DNA of 61,967 nt, counting the filler. It is 4 parts of 4 records of this genome, joined end to end, with 100 filler letters (N's around TTAATTAATTAA, not from the genome) between each part and the next. Parts side by side here need not be neighbours in the genome. Positions count along the whole stretch, not along the records: positions 44,059 to 51,181 come from SRR31156797_8879; positions 51,282 to 61,967 come from SRR31156797_8887; 2 more parts are not named here. The stretch is one strand, 5' to 3'. Positions 48,924-58,912 of the stretch are shown here, piece after piece. The notes beneath the pieces were generated by a model that had not been told where the DNA came from, made no database searches, and was given only the letters and a program-made list of their open reading frames with translations. The translations under genes were made by a program, and so were the position numbers. The stretch's first letter is position 1, and every line of letters starts with the position of its first letter.

Positions 48924-50345
48924 TTGAAATCCATGATAATTAAAGTGACTAGAGAGCGACAGTTGCCCCCCTTTACAAGAATAATTAAGTTGCTTTTGGG
49001 CTACACACTATTTCTACTCCTAATTGCCATCTGTGCCCATTTTGTGTCCAGGGGTTTTTCTCTTAACAGTCCTATCGTAGTTGGGTTGTCTATTGTTATC
49101 GGCTTACTGCTCATCACATTGTTTACCACTCGTCTAGCTAACCTACTGAGAATCCCTATTGGGATTTTGAACCTTCCTGTTTATTGGTTAGCGTTGGTGA
49201 TCCCGAAAAGAAAAAATTTATGGTTGTTTACCTGCAGGCAAGGCAATGCTTATGCAGAAAATTCCAAGTACTTATATGAGCACATTAATGCTAATCACCC
49301 TGAAATCAATGCTGTATGGCTCACTAAAAATAAGGCTGTATTCAACATGCTTAGGGGGAAAGGGCTCCCGGTCGTAAAAGCGTTTTCTGTGAGAGGCTAT
49401 TTTTATAGCTTGCAATCTGGCTGTTTGTTTATGTCAAATTTTCAGCGCAGGGCACCAGACTATAACGACTTTGCCATTGGACTCAAGACTATCAAAATAC
49501 AGCTTTGGCACGGTTCTCCAATGAAACGTATCGGTAAACATCGGCCTAGTCACAATCAAATGTCTATTTCATATTTAATTAGGTGTGGAATGAACCTGTG
49601 CTTACCTTTTTACGCAAACAGAACCTCTTGTCATAAAATGGTAGCAGCATCACCTGAAGTGGCTCAGGTCCTGAAAGATTCATTTGGTTTAAGTGATTCA
49701 AACCTTTGGATTGCAGGGTATCCCAAAAATGACCAGTGGCTAAAACGTGCAATGACCAAACCGCCAGAGCGAAATGTCATTTTTCTACCTACGTGGCGCT
49801 TGGATGACTTAACATTGTTTACGCACTATAATTTTGACCCAGTTGAACTTAACAATTTTCTGACCAAATACGATATCCACTTCCATATTAAACTCCATCA
49901 CTTCAGTCTCGAGAATCTGAAATGTGAGTTTAAGGAACTTACCAGCCTATCTAATATATCTATCGTGGAAATTGATGATATTTACCAAGTGCTGGATCAA
50001 TATGATGTTTTAGTCACTGACTACAGCAGCATTCTTTTCGATTACCTCTTATGTGGAAAGCCCGTTGTTTTTACACCATTTGATTATCAGGACTATATAC
50101 AAAATGATCAAGGTTTTTTGCGGGACTATTCAACTTACACAGTAGGTCCAGTTGCAAAAAATTGGAAAGAGTTGGAGGCAGCACTCCTACAAGTGTTCGA
50201 AAAAGATGAATTCGCTGAATCGAGAGAACAATTAAAGGATCTCTTTAACTATTACAAAGACACAAACAGTGCCGAAAGACTTGTAAATATGACCGAGGAA
50301 CTACTTGAAACCGTTGAATATAAACCATTACCAGCATTTCATTAA
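48924..50345 (+). CDS. CDP-glycerol glycerophosphotransferase (TagF/TagB family) with N-terminal TMs
   Basis: QLWHGSPMK, GYPKND, FLPTWR, IKLHH and LVTDYSSILFDY motifs. Confidence 0.9.
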   Translation: MKSMIIKVTRERQLPPFTRIIKLLLGYTLFLLLIAICAHFVSRGFSLNSPIVVGLSIVIGLLLITLFTTRLANLLRIPIGILNLPVYWLALVIPKRKNLWLFTCRQGNAYAENSKYLYEHINANHPEINAVWLTKNKAVFNMLRGKGLPVVKAFSVRGYFYSLQSGCLFMSNFQRRAPDYNDFAIGLKTIKIQLWHGSPMKRIGKHRPSHNQMSISYLIRCGMNLCLPFYANRTSCHKMVAASPEVAQVLKDSFGLSDSNLWIAGYPKNDQWLKRAMTKPPERNVIFLPTWRLDDLTLFTHYNFDPVELNNFLTKYDIHFHIKLHHFSLENLKCEFKELTSLSNISIVEIDDIYQVLDQYDVLVTDYSSILFDYLLCGKPVVFTPFDYQDYIQNDQGFLRDYSTYTVGPVAKNWKELEAALLQVFEKDEFAESREQLKDLFNYYKDTNSAERLVNMTEELLETVEYKPLPAFH

Positions 50346-50348
50346 TTT

Positions 50349-51181
50349 CTGAATCCGTGACGGATAAGCGGCACTACTCTTTTTGAGCTTGTCGCACGAT
50401 TTTTTTATGGCAACCAGTATGCTTTGCCACCTAATCCGTTGCCAAATAGCAGCCGGAACGGGATGATCTTTGAAAATTCGACACAAATTCCATAAAAAGG
50501 ACAAACCTCTTCTGTTAATTGGCCTTTTAATTACTGCCAGCAGGTTAGGTCGCTTCCAGTAACTGGTTATAAAGACCAGAAAAAGCCAGGTAGGCAGGAC
50601 AGTGCCTGCTGAAACGTAACTGTAGCCTTCGCCCACTGCGAATTATGCGGGCTGCCAGGTAGATCAATTCCTGAATGACGGTTTTCAATCTCCTGCGCTT
50701 CGCAGGGTGGCGTACAGGTGAGTTTTCGCCCAGTAACCCCAACTGGCCAATAAAGCGGAGTATGTTGTATGCAAATGCGCCAAGGGCCATAACGGCTTTG
50801 TTGGTGGCAAACTTGCCGCTTGGTAATCGTTCAAGGTCCAGGTCGATTTTGAACTCACTGTGAAATTGTTCACTCAGACCGTGATTCTTGTAAAGACCTA
50901 TAACTTTATCTGCAGGAAGATCCAGATTGGTCCACCAACCATCAATGGTTACATCAGGCACGAGCAGTACCTGCCCATTTTTATCGGTACACCGTTCTGT
51001 TATCCGGACGACCTTAGTAAAAACAAAGCTTTCGTCTTCGAACTGCTGAGTCTTGCATACAGTTATGGTTGCAACCTTTTTACCCGGCCGTGGTTCGTCG
51101 ACTAGCCCCTCAGCAAAAGCTTTTTTGCGCAACTCGCTGGTGTTTTCACTCCTGGGGTTCCATTTGATGATGTATGAGACA
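50349..51181 (-). mobile_element. IS1380-family element, partial
   Basis: Transposase plus downstream end TCACGGATTCAG (minus strand) stopping 3 nt from the tagF-like stop; other end lost in the gap. Confidence 0.75.
50545..51180 (-). CDS. IS1380-family DDE transposase, C-terminal fragment
   Basis: YIIKWNPR...WTNL...YKNHGLSEQFHSEFKIDLDLERLPSGKFATN...AYNILR. Confidence 0.88.
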   Translation of the reverse strand, partial: VSYIIKWNPRSENTSELRKKAFAEGLVDEPRPGKKVATITVCKTQQFEDESFVFTKVVRITERCTDKNGQVLLVPDVTIDGWWTNLDLPADKVIGLYKNHGLSEQFHSEFKIDLDLERLPSGKFATNKAVMALGAFAYNILRFIGQLGLLGENSPVRHPAKRRRLKTVIQELIYLAARIIRSGRRLQLRFSRHCPAYLAFSGLYNQLLEAT

Positions 51182-51281
51182 NNNNNNNNNNNNNNNNNNN
51201 NNNNNNNNNNNNNNNNNNNNNNNNNTTAATTAATTAANNNNNNNNNNNNNNNNNNNNNNNNNNNNNNNNNNNNNNNNNNNN
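51182..51281. other. Artificial contig linker
   Basis: N44-TTAATTAATTAA-N44. Confidence 0.97.
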
Positions 51282-51587
51282 TGACAATAAATTAGTAATA
51301 CACAAACATGGTGTTTTAAAACCGTTATGTAACTCGTATAATACGACCTGGCCCACGGTACAGTGAAAATAGAAGCATGGTTCTTCTGGTCTGTCAAGGC
51401 TTCAAAGGAAGCCAGAACCCAAAGAGCATAGCCTATAGCGATCTTAACATCTATGCTGTTTGAAAAAACAATTAAAAACAGGTTATGAAATATAGCTTTC
51501 AAAGGTCTCAAAGATTAAAAATCTGTGGTGTAAATTCGATTGAAAAATCTATATACACCCATAACATAAGGGATTTAAATTGATTCG

Positions 51588-52658
51588 ATGCAAAATAGGA
51601 AAATTAAAGTTCTATATATAGGCCCAAGCCACAAAAGTCGTGGTGGTATTTCTTCTGTAATTAAATCCTATATGGGAAGTCCTTTATTTAGAGCGTTTTC
51701 TCTACATTGGATTGAAACCCAGCACGATCTGAACAAGTTTACAAAAATGTGGTATTTCGTTAAAGCTCTTTTGATGTCTCCCTATTATTTTCTCAAAAGC
51801 GATATCGTTCATATTCATACTGCTTCATATAATAGTTTTTATAGGAAGTGTATCTTTATTCTTCTTTGTAAATTATTTAATCGTACATTGATATTGCATA
51901 TACACGGGGGAGGATTCGGAGCTTTTCTTAAGAACGGTGGCAGACTTAAAAAGAACGCGGTAATACATCTGTTAAAAAAAGCTGACGCACTAATTTGTTT
52001 ATCCCCTTTAAAAGCAGAGGAAATTAAATCTTATGTGGACATTAAGAAAATTTATATTGTCTGTAATCCTTGCCTTTATTCAACTGTAGTGCCCAAGATT
52101 AAACAAAATGAAGATATCAATATCCTGTTCGCGGGTTGGGTAGAAAAAGAAAAGGGAGTGTTTGATTTGATCTATGCTTTTGCAGAGGTGGAAAAAAGAT
52201 GCCCCAATTGTAGATTGGTTATAGCTGGCAAAGGGATGATTGAGGAAGGAAGGGTAATAGTCCGTAAGCTCGGGCTGGAGGAAAAAATAGTTTTTACAGG
52301 CTGGCTACAAAAAAATGAAATGCAAAATGCACTTGCTGATGCTGATATATTCTGTTTGCCTAGCTACTGTGAGGGGGTTCCAATGTCAATTATTGAGGCC
52401 ATGGCATATTGTCTTCCTGTCCTAAGCACGCCCGTCGGTGGTGTTCCAGATATTATAGATCCCGATAATACAGGTTTTTTAGTGCGTCCTGGAAATGTAG
52501 AAGAATTAACTCAGGAATTATTGTATTTAGTTAAAAATGAAGAGGTAAGAACCCTTGTTGGACAAAACGCAAAGACTTTTGTTGATAAACATTGCTCAAC
52601 TGGCATTGTAACAGAACAGTTGACGTTATTATACCAGAGGCTTAGTCGCGAAAAATAA
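51588..52658 (+). CDS. Glycosyltransferase family 4
   Basis: HIHGG, KEKGVFDL and LPSYCEGVPMSIIEAM motifs. Confidence 0.92.
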   Translation: MQNRKIKVLYIGPSHKSRGGISSVIKSYMGSPLFRAFSLHWIETQHDLNKFTKMWYFVKALLMSPYYFLKSDIVHIHTASYNSFYRKCIFILLCKLFNRTLILHIHGGGFGAFLKNGGRLKKNAVIHLLKKADALICLSPLKAEEIKSYVDIKKIYIVCNPCLYSTVVPKIKQNEDINILFAGWVEKEKGVFDLIYAFAEVEKRCPNCRLVIAGKGMIEEGRVIVRKLGLEEKIVFTGWLQKNEMQNALADADIFCLPSYCEGVPMSIIEAMAYCLPVLSTPVGGVPDIIDPDNTGFLVRPGNVEELTQELLYLVKNEEVRTLVGQNAKTFVDKHCSTGIVTEQLTLLYQRLSREK

Positions 52659-52681
52659 GTGGAACTCATCTGAGAATTGAT

Positions 52682-54100
52682 ATGAACACTAATACAACAT
52701 TGTCGAATGTCCGTCGGAAAGTATTCAACTCTTACAACCAGCTACCGTATCCTTTGAAAATTTCATTTTCAAATATGGCAAGATTATTGCCCTCAAAAAT
52801 GAAATTTGGAAAAGACTATTGTGATACGCTCAAATGGATTAGACAAACAGAATATCTTCCCATGGAAGATCTTGAAGCATTAAGATTAAAACAGTTAAGA
52901 GTTATTCTATCGCATTCTTTTAAAACAGTTGAGTTTTATAAACGAATCATGCGCAAGATGCGCGTGGGGTTAGAAGATATAGAACACGACCCTGCATTGG
53001 TATTAAGCCAAATGCCTTATATTGACAAAAATACTATATTAGAAGATTCTGAATTGTTTTTGTCTTCTGAAAATAGTAGAATCGTTCACGATTACACTTC
53101 TACTGGGGGAACATCCGGTGAACCCTTTTTCTTTTATTTTAATTCCAATAGAAGTGCAAAAGAATGGGCCTATTTTGTTGATCAATGGGGGCGGATAGGC
53201 TTTGATCTCAAATCAAAACGGGCTACCTTTCGCGGGAGTAAAATAACCGGCTCTTGGGAGGATGATTGGATTACCCGGGAACGGAAATTCTCCAGTTTTG
53301 AGCTCACTCACGAATATTTCCATTCTATATGGCCTTATTTACATCAGTATAAGCCTGATTTTATATACGCCTACCCCTCTACAGCAATTACATTGTGCCA
53401 GTTTTTGGAACAAGAACAGATGAAATTGCCTGATTGTACAAAAGCAATATTGATTGGCTCTGAAAATATTTATGAGGGACAGCGCGAATATATTGAGACC
53501 GTCAGCCAGAAAAAAGTTTTTATCTGGTATGGGCATTCTGAAAAATTAGTCCTGGCTGGGGAGTGTGAACAATCATCTTATTATCATGCCTATCCCCAGT
53601 ACGGATATGTTGAATTTATAAATGACACAGGGGCTCCTGCAAAACCGGGAGAATTTTCAGAAATTGTGGGTACAGGTTTTTTGAATACGGTGATGCCATT
53701 TATAAGGTACCGTACAGGCGATTATTGTATTTATCAAGGAGACAGATGTCCTTTATGCGGCAGAAATTATCATATTTTTTCCGATGTAAAGGGTCGATGG
53801 ACACAAGAGGTGCTTTATGGGAAGAAAGGCAACACTATCAGCATGAGCGCAATCAACATTCATTCGAAAAATATGCACAAAGTGTCTAAATTTCAGTTTT
53901 ATCAAAAAGAGATGGGCAAGGCGTCACTCAAGGTTGTTCCCAAAGAAGGTTTTGGTGAAAAGGATAAAGAATCTTTGGAAAAAGAGTTTAATGATAAATT
54001 CAATGGCAGTGTCGTTGTGAATGTTGAGACTGTCGGTGAGATTCCTTTAACTCAGAGAGGAAAGTATAATTATATTAGTCAACAAGTTAAATTAGTTTAA
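52682..54100 (+). CDS. Phenylacetate-CoA ligase/CapK-like adenylate-forming enzyme
   Basis: STGGTSGEP, WYGHSE, MPFIRYRTGD and GR motifs. Confidence 0.85.
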   Translation: MNTNTTLSNVRRKVFNSYNQLPYPLKISFSNMARLLPSKMKFGKDYCDTLKWIRQTEYLPMEDLEALRLKQLRVILSHSFKTVEFYKRIMRKMRVGLEDIEHDPALVLSQMPYIDKNTILEDSELFLSSENSRIVHDYTSTGGTSGEPFFFYFNSNRSAKEWAYFVDQWGRIGFDLKSKRATFRGSKITGSWEDDWITRERKFSSFELTHEYFHSIWPYLHQYKPDFIYAYPSTAITLCQFLEQEQMKLPDCTKAILIGSENIYEGQREYIETVSQKKVFIWYGHSEKLVLAGECEQSSYYHAYPQYGYVEFINDTGAPAKPGEFSEIVGTGFLNTVMPFIRYRTGDYCIYQGDRCPLCGRNYHIFSDVKGRWTQEVLYGKKGNTISMSAINIHSKNMHKVSKFQFYQKEMGKASLKVVPKEGFGEKDKESLEKEFNDKFNGSVVVNVETVGEIPLTQRGKYNYISQQVKLV

Positions 54101-54115
54101 TAATTAAGGTAACGT

Positions 54116-56266
54116 ATGAAACAGCTCACCCAAAAGTTAAAAAACGGAAACATGAAGATAATTGAAGTACCGGTTCCAGCCTTGCAAAAAGGCCAACTTC
54201 TTATTCGGACTCACTACTCTCTTGTAAGTGCGGGAACCGAGGGAAGCACTGTCAAAACAGCGAGGAAAGGATTGATAGGGAAAGCCAAAGAACGACCTCA
54301 GCAGGTCAAGCAGGTTATTGACACTCTGAAATCTCAAGGGCCAGTCCAAACATACCGTGCCGTCATGAAAAAACTTGATGCTTATTCTCCCCTAGGTTAT
54401 TCCTGTGTTGGAGAGATAATTGATATTTCAGCTGATGTTAATGATTATAATATTGGCGATATGGTGGCCTGCGGAGGGCTCTCCGCATCCCATGCTGAGG
54501 TTATAAGCGTACCTGCCAATCTTTGTGTGAAATTGGATCCAGACATCGATATGAAGCAGGCTGCATATAACACCTTGGGTGCCATTGCCATGCAGGGCGT
54601 ACGTCAGGCAGATCTAAGACTCGGAGAGACGTGCGCTGTTATCGGTCTCGGACTTATTGGGCAGCTTACGGCGCTATTGCTCAAAGCCTCCGGAGTCAGG
54701 GTAATTGGTATTGACATTGATTCTGCCATGGTTGAAACAGCTGAAAAGAATTGTCTGGATATCGGATTTCAAAGAGATACCGAAGGAATAGAAGATATAA
54801 TTCGTAATTATACTGGCGGTATTGGGTGTGATTCCGTTATTATCACTGCAGGTTCTTCCTCTTTAGATCCTATAAATTTTTCAGGTTCCATCGCCAGGAA
54901 AAAGGGTTCAGTTGTTGTTGTTGGGGCAGTGCCAACCGGCTTTGATCGTGAACCTCATTTCTATAAAAAAGAGCTGCAAATCAAAATGTCATGTTCTTAT
55001 GGAGCTGGGAGATATGATCCAGTATATGAAGAAAAAGGTATTGACTATCCTGTAGCATATGTTCGTTGGACAGAAAACAGAAATATGCAGGCGTTTCAGG
55101 AGTTGATTTTAAGCAATAAGATTGAGGTTAATTATCTTACAACTCACATCTTCAAGCTGGAGGAAGCCGCTTCTGCCTATGATATGATGATGGCAAAATC
55201 CGAACCATTTATTGGGATTTTGATTCAGTATGATCTTTCAAAAAAGATTGAAAACCGTAAAATTAAAATCAATACATCTCAAGACCGTTCAAAATCTCAA
55301 GCTGTAAGTATTGGTTTTATAGGTGCAGGTTCCTATGCTCAAAGCCATCTTTTACCCAATATCCCAAAGGATGACGCTGTTGCTCTTGATACTGTGATGG
55401 CAAACTCTGGGACAAGTTCCCGTTCCGTGGGCGAGCGGTATGGATTTAAATTTTGTACTGGCGATGAAAGCGATTTTTTTGAAAACAGCAACATTAATAC
55501 TGTTTTTATTGCAACTCGTCACGATTCCCATGCTGAATATGTAGGGACTGCTCTCGAAAGAGGAAAACATGTATTTGTAGAGAAACCTCTTTGTTTGAAT
55601 GAGGATGAGCTTGACCATATTGCGGAGATAATTGAGGGAAAACAATCCTACATGCCCAAGATAATGGTCGGATATAACAGACGTTTTTCTCCTCTCGCAA
55701 AAAAGATCAAGAATTCATTTGGAAGTGGGCCCATGTCCATGATCTACAGAATTAATGCAGGGACAATACCTGCTGATTCTTGGATTCAGGATACCGAAAT
55801 AGGTGGAGGCCGTATCGTTGGTGAGGTATGCCATTTTATCGATTTTCTGACCTACATAAACGGATCGCTTCCAATATCTGTCTATGCTACAGCAATGTTA
55901 GATCCTGAAAATATGGATGATATCATTCATGTTTCTCTCAAGTACCAGAATGGATCCATCGGTTCAATTTCTTATTGTTCCAATGGGGATAAAAGTTTTC
56001 CAAAAGAGAGAGTTGAAATATTTTCATGCGGATGTACCGCTGTTTTGGATGATTTTAAGACACTTTCCATTTATTCTAAGGGTAAGAAAAAAGAGACAAA
56101 ACTGCTAGTGCAGGATAAAGGGCAGAAAAATGAGGTTGAATTATTTATTAATAGTATTCTTAAAGGGGCAGCAAATGTAATACCGTTTCAGGAAATATAC
56201 AGTACCTCTTTAACAACATTTAAAATCATCGAATCGCTTAAGACTGGTGAACCCATAAGCTTGTAA
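54116..56266 (+). CDS. Bi-domain oxidoreductase (Zn-ADH-like plus Gfo/Idh/MocA)
   Basis: SAGTE, LGYS, GLGLIG, IGAGSYA, VEKPL and VGYNRRF motifs. Confidence 0.9.
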   Translation: MKQLTQKLKNGNMKIIEVPVPALQKGQLLIRTHYSLVSAGTEGSTVKTARKGLIGKAKERPQQVKQVIDTLKSQGPVQTYRAVMKKLDAYSPLGYSCVGEIIDISADVNDYNIGDMVACGGLSASHAEVISVPANLCVKLDPDIDMKQAAYNTLGAIAMQGVRQADLRLGETCAVIGLGLIGQLTALLLKASGVRVIGIDIDSAMVETAEKNCLDIGFQRDTEGIEDIIRNYTGGIGCDSVIITAGSSSLDPINFSGSIARKKGSVVVVGAVPTGFDREPHFYKKELQIKMSCSYGAGRYDPVYEEKGIDYPVAYVRWTENRNMQAFQELILSNKIEVNYLTTHIFKLEEAASAYDMMMAKSEPFIGILIQYDLSKKIENRKIKINTSQDRSKSQAVSIGFIGAGSYAQSHLLPNIPKDDAVALDTVMANSGTSSRSVGERYGFKFCTGDESDFFENSNINTVFIATRHDSHAEYVGTALERGKHVFVEKPLCLNEDELDHIAEIIEGKQSYMPKIMVGYNRRFSPLAKKIKNSFGSGPMSMIYRINAGTIPADSWIQDTEIGGGRIVGEVCHFIDFLTYINGSLPISVYATAMLDPENMDDIIHVSLKYQNGSIGSISYCSNGDKSFPKERVEIFSCGCTAVLDDFKTLSIYSKGKKKETKLLVQDKGQKNEVELFINSILKGAANVIPFQEIYSTSLTTFKIIESLKTGEPISL

Positions 56267-56284
56267 GCTTATAAGTAGTCTCTT

Positions 56285-58135
56285 ATGATAATACATAAAA
56301 AAGAGTATCTCAGTAGATTAAAAAATACGTCGGTTCCTGAGTTCGTTTACCGGGTAAAGCGGTATTTTTATAGTTATAGACTTAAAAGAATCCTGAGTAG
56401 GAGGGATCATCCCCTTAAGATACCGGAGATTGGTTGTTCCGGTATTAAAAATATTCAGCTGCCTTTACTTCAAAGGTTAAAGTGTAAGTCGGATTTTGAT
56501 TTTATACTTAAGGAAAATGGGTTCTTTCTCAATGAAGATCAGGATAGAATTAAGCATTATGAAAAATTGTTTTACGGAGTTTATCATTCTAATGTGAAAA
56601 CAGTCGATCCTTCGATTGACATAAGGGCAGTCTGGGAGCCTGCAAGGCTGCAATTCAACAGTGTTTTACTATTGTTTCAAGATCAGTTAAAACCTGGCGT
56701 AACCACAAACCGAAAGATTGCCAAACAAAATGTTTTAAAGTGGATAAATGAGAATCCTTTTCTTTATGGGCCGCATTATCTCTCTCCAATGGAGTTAGGC
56801 CTAAGAATCCCTGTTTTTCTTTATTGTCTGAAGATACCTAATTCAATATCTAAGAACGAAATTAACCAAATCTTAGCCACGATTTACGAACATACCTGGT
56901 GGATTTCCAAGAATCTTGCGCTTTATTCTTCTCTTGGCAATCATACTGTTTGTGAAGCTGTCGGTTTGATATTTGGCGGGGCTCTTTTTCAACAAACTGA
57001 GGAAGGGCAGAAGTGGCTTCAACTGGGCTGTAAATTGCTTGAGTCTGAATTGTTTCATCAATTGCTTGATGATGGTGGTCCTGCAGAACAATCCTTAAAT
57101 TACCACCGTTTTGTTCTCGATTTATATTGGCTTGCAATTGATTTTCTTGAAACCAACCGGGTTTATGACTGTTCAAAATGGCGTATCCGATTAAATAAAG
57201 GTGAGCAATTTTGGCGGGCATTTAGCTATGATGGAGAAAACGTACCATCAATTGGCGATAGTGACGACGGGCATGCTATTGCACCTGGAATTTCCCTGGC
57301 CGGAAAGATTTCAGCTGAATCCAGGACGGATTTAAACAAAAAAATATCATATAGCTCTTTTCCGAATGCAGGTTATACTGTAATTCAAAGCCGCGATAAT
57401 ATGTTTGTCACTTTTGATCATGGTTCTCTTGGAATGGCGCCACTGTATAACCATGGCCATGCTGATGCCCTGGCAATAACTTTGTATAAAAGAAATAAGC
57501 CATTTTTGATAGATCCCGGAACTTATAAATACAACGGAGTTTCCAGGCACAGAGCTTATTTCAAAGGGACAAGAGCACATAATACCGTGTCCGTCGACGG
57601 ACAGGATCAGGCAAGGCAATTGACAGGTTTTATTTGGGATAAGCCTTTTAATGTGAGTTGGAAAGTTCATCATGAAAATAAGGATCTGTTTCATATCAAG
57701 GCAAGTCATGATGGCTATTGCAGACTTAATCATCCGGTTGTTCATACACGGGAGGTCAAAATTGACAATGATCAAATCTGCATGATTGTTGATTCATTTA
57801 CTGGAGAAGGCGTCCATGATTTTGAACTCAATCTACATCTTGATCCCAATGTAATTATTTCCCGGAAAAATGGCTGGCTAACGCTGAAAAATGGCGAGGA
57901 ATCAATTTGTATTTCAGATTTCGATTCTGAATTCTCGATCATAAAAGGACAATCAGATCCATTGCTGGGTTGGTATTCGCCGAAATATGGCCTGCTTCAG
58001 GAAACAACCTCTTTGCACTGTAGAAGAAGAGGAATACCAGGAGATATCCTGTTTGTTACCACGATTTGCGTCAATGCAAAAAATATGCAAAAAGCTGAAA
58101 CTATATTAAGTGATTTTCGGGATGAAAAGGGATAG
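56285..58135 (+). CDS. Heparinase II/III family protein
   Basis: WEPAR, GNH, EQSLNYH, HGHADAL, DPGTYKY and AHNT motifs. Confidence 0.88.
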   Translation: MIIHKKEYLSRLKNTSVPEFVYRVKRYFYSYRLKRILSRRDHPLKIPEIGCSGIKNIQLPLLQRLKCKSDFDFILKENGFFLNEDQDRIKHYEKLFYGVYHSNVKTVDPSIDIRAVWEPARLQFNSVLLLFQDQLKPGVTTNRKIAKQNVLKWINENPFLYGPHYLSPMELGLRIPVFLYCLKIPNSISKNEINQILATIYEHTWWISKNLALYSSLGNHTVCEAVGLIFGGALFQQTEEGQKWLQLGCKLLESELFHQLLDDGGPAEQSLNYHRFVLDLYWLAIDFLETNRVYDCSKWRIRLNKGEQFWRAFSYDGENVPSIGDSDDGHAIAPGISLAGKISAESRTDLNKKISYSSFPNAGYTVIQSRDNMFVTFDHGSLGMAPLYNHGHADALAITLYKRNKPFLIDPGTYKYNGVSRHRAYFKGTRAHNTVSVDGQDQARQLTGFIWDKPFNVSWKVHHENKDLFHIKASHDGYCRLNHPVVHTREVKIDNDQICMIVDSFTGEGVHDFELNLHLDPNVIISRKNGWLTLKNGEESICISDFDSEFSIIKGQSDPLLGWYSPKYGLLQETTSLHCRRRGIPGDILFVTTICVNAKNMQKAETILSDFRDEKG

Positions 58136-58138
58136 AAA

Positions 58139-58894
58139 ATGAAACAAATAGTGAGAAGATTTGATATTTTGAATATCTGGGTGGATGAACTCAATATGCA
58201 ACAGGCCCTTGACAAGGTTTGTGAGTTTGTGGAACACGGTAAAAAGGTATACACTGTTTTTGCTTCTAATCCGGAAAAAAATTATTCGGTTCCCCGGAAT
58301 AATTTTCTCTACGATATGTTTAGAAAATCTGATTTGTTGATTCCAGATGGAATAGGAATTGTTCTTGCTGCCAAATTCCTTTATGGCTCACGATTGAAAC
58401 GGGTACCCGGTTGTGAATTGATGCAAAATATTTGTGAGGTGTCCGCTGACAAGGGATATAAAATTTTCATTTATGGTGCCAAAGAAGAGGTCAATAAAAC
58501 GGCTGTGAAAACTCTGACAGAGAGGTATCCTTCAATTGAGATCGTGGGACGCCAGAATGGTTACCTCCCTGAAAGCGAAATGAATAATCTAATTGAACGG
58601 ATAAATGAATCCGGGGCTGAAATCTTATTCATAGCCCTTGGATCACCAAAACAGGAACTTTGGATTTCAAAATATCGAGATCAATTAGACTCAGTCCGGG
58701 TGTGCCAGGGAATTGGTGGAACTTTGGATGTCCTTGCCGGAACCGTAAAAAGAGCTCCTCAATTGTTCTGCAGGATGGGGCTTGAATGGCTGTTTCGTCT
58801 TATTGCAGAACCGTCTCGCCTGAAACGCCAGATGATTCTTCCGCTATTTGCTGCCCAGACCATAAGACATGGTATAACTCAAAATCTGAAATAA
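58139..58894 (+). CDS. WecB/TagA/CpsF family glycosyltransferase
   Basis: NPEK, PDGIG, ALGSPKQE and GLEWLFRL motifs. Confidence 0.93.
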   Translation: MKQIVRRFDILNIWVDELNMQQALDKVCEFVEHGKKVYTVFASNPEKNYSVPRNNFLYDMFRKSDLLIPDGIGIVLAAKFLYGSRLKRVPGCELMQNICEVSADKGYKIFIYGAKEEVNKTAVKTLTERYPSIEIVGRQNGYLPESEMNNLIERINESGAEILFIALGSPKQELWISKYRDQLDSVRVCQGIGGTLDVLAGTVKRAPQLFCRMGLEWLFRLIAEPSRLKRQMILPLFAAQTIRHGITQNLK

Positions 58895-58912
58895 TAACGT
58901 AAGGATGGCTGT

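Noticed and set aside
50328-50636. 102-aa minus-strand ORF overlapping the IS1380 end
   Set aside because: Out-of-frame overlap with the transposase and the element's non-coding end; no motif
51282-51587. Possible gene tail or hairpin (GGCTTC-aaag-GAAGCC) after the third gap
   Set aside because: No recognisable protein motif or RNA family; too little context
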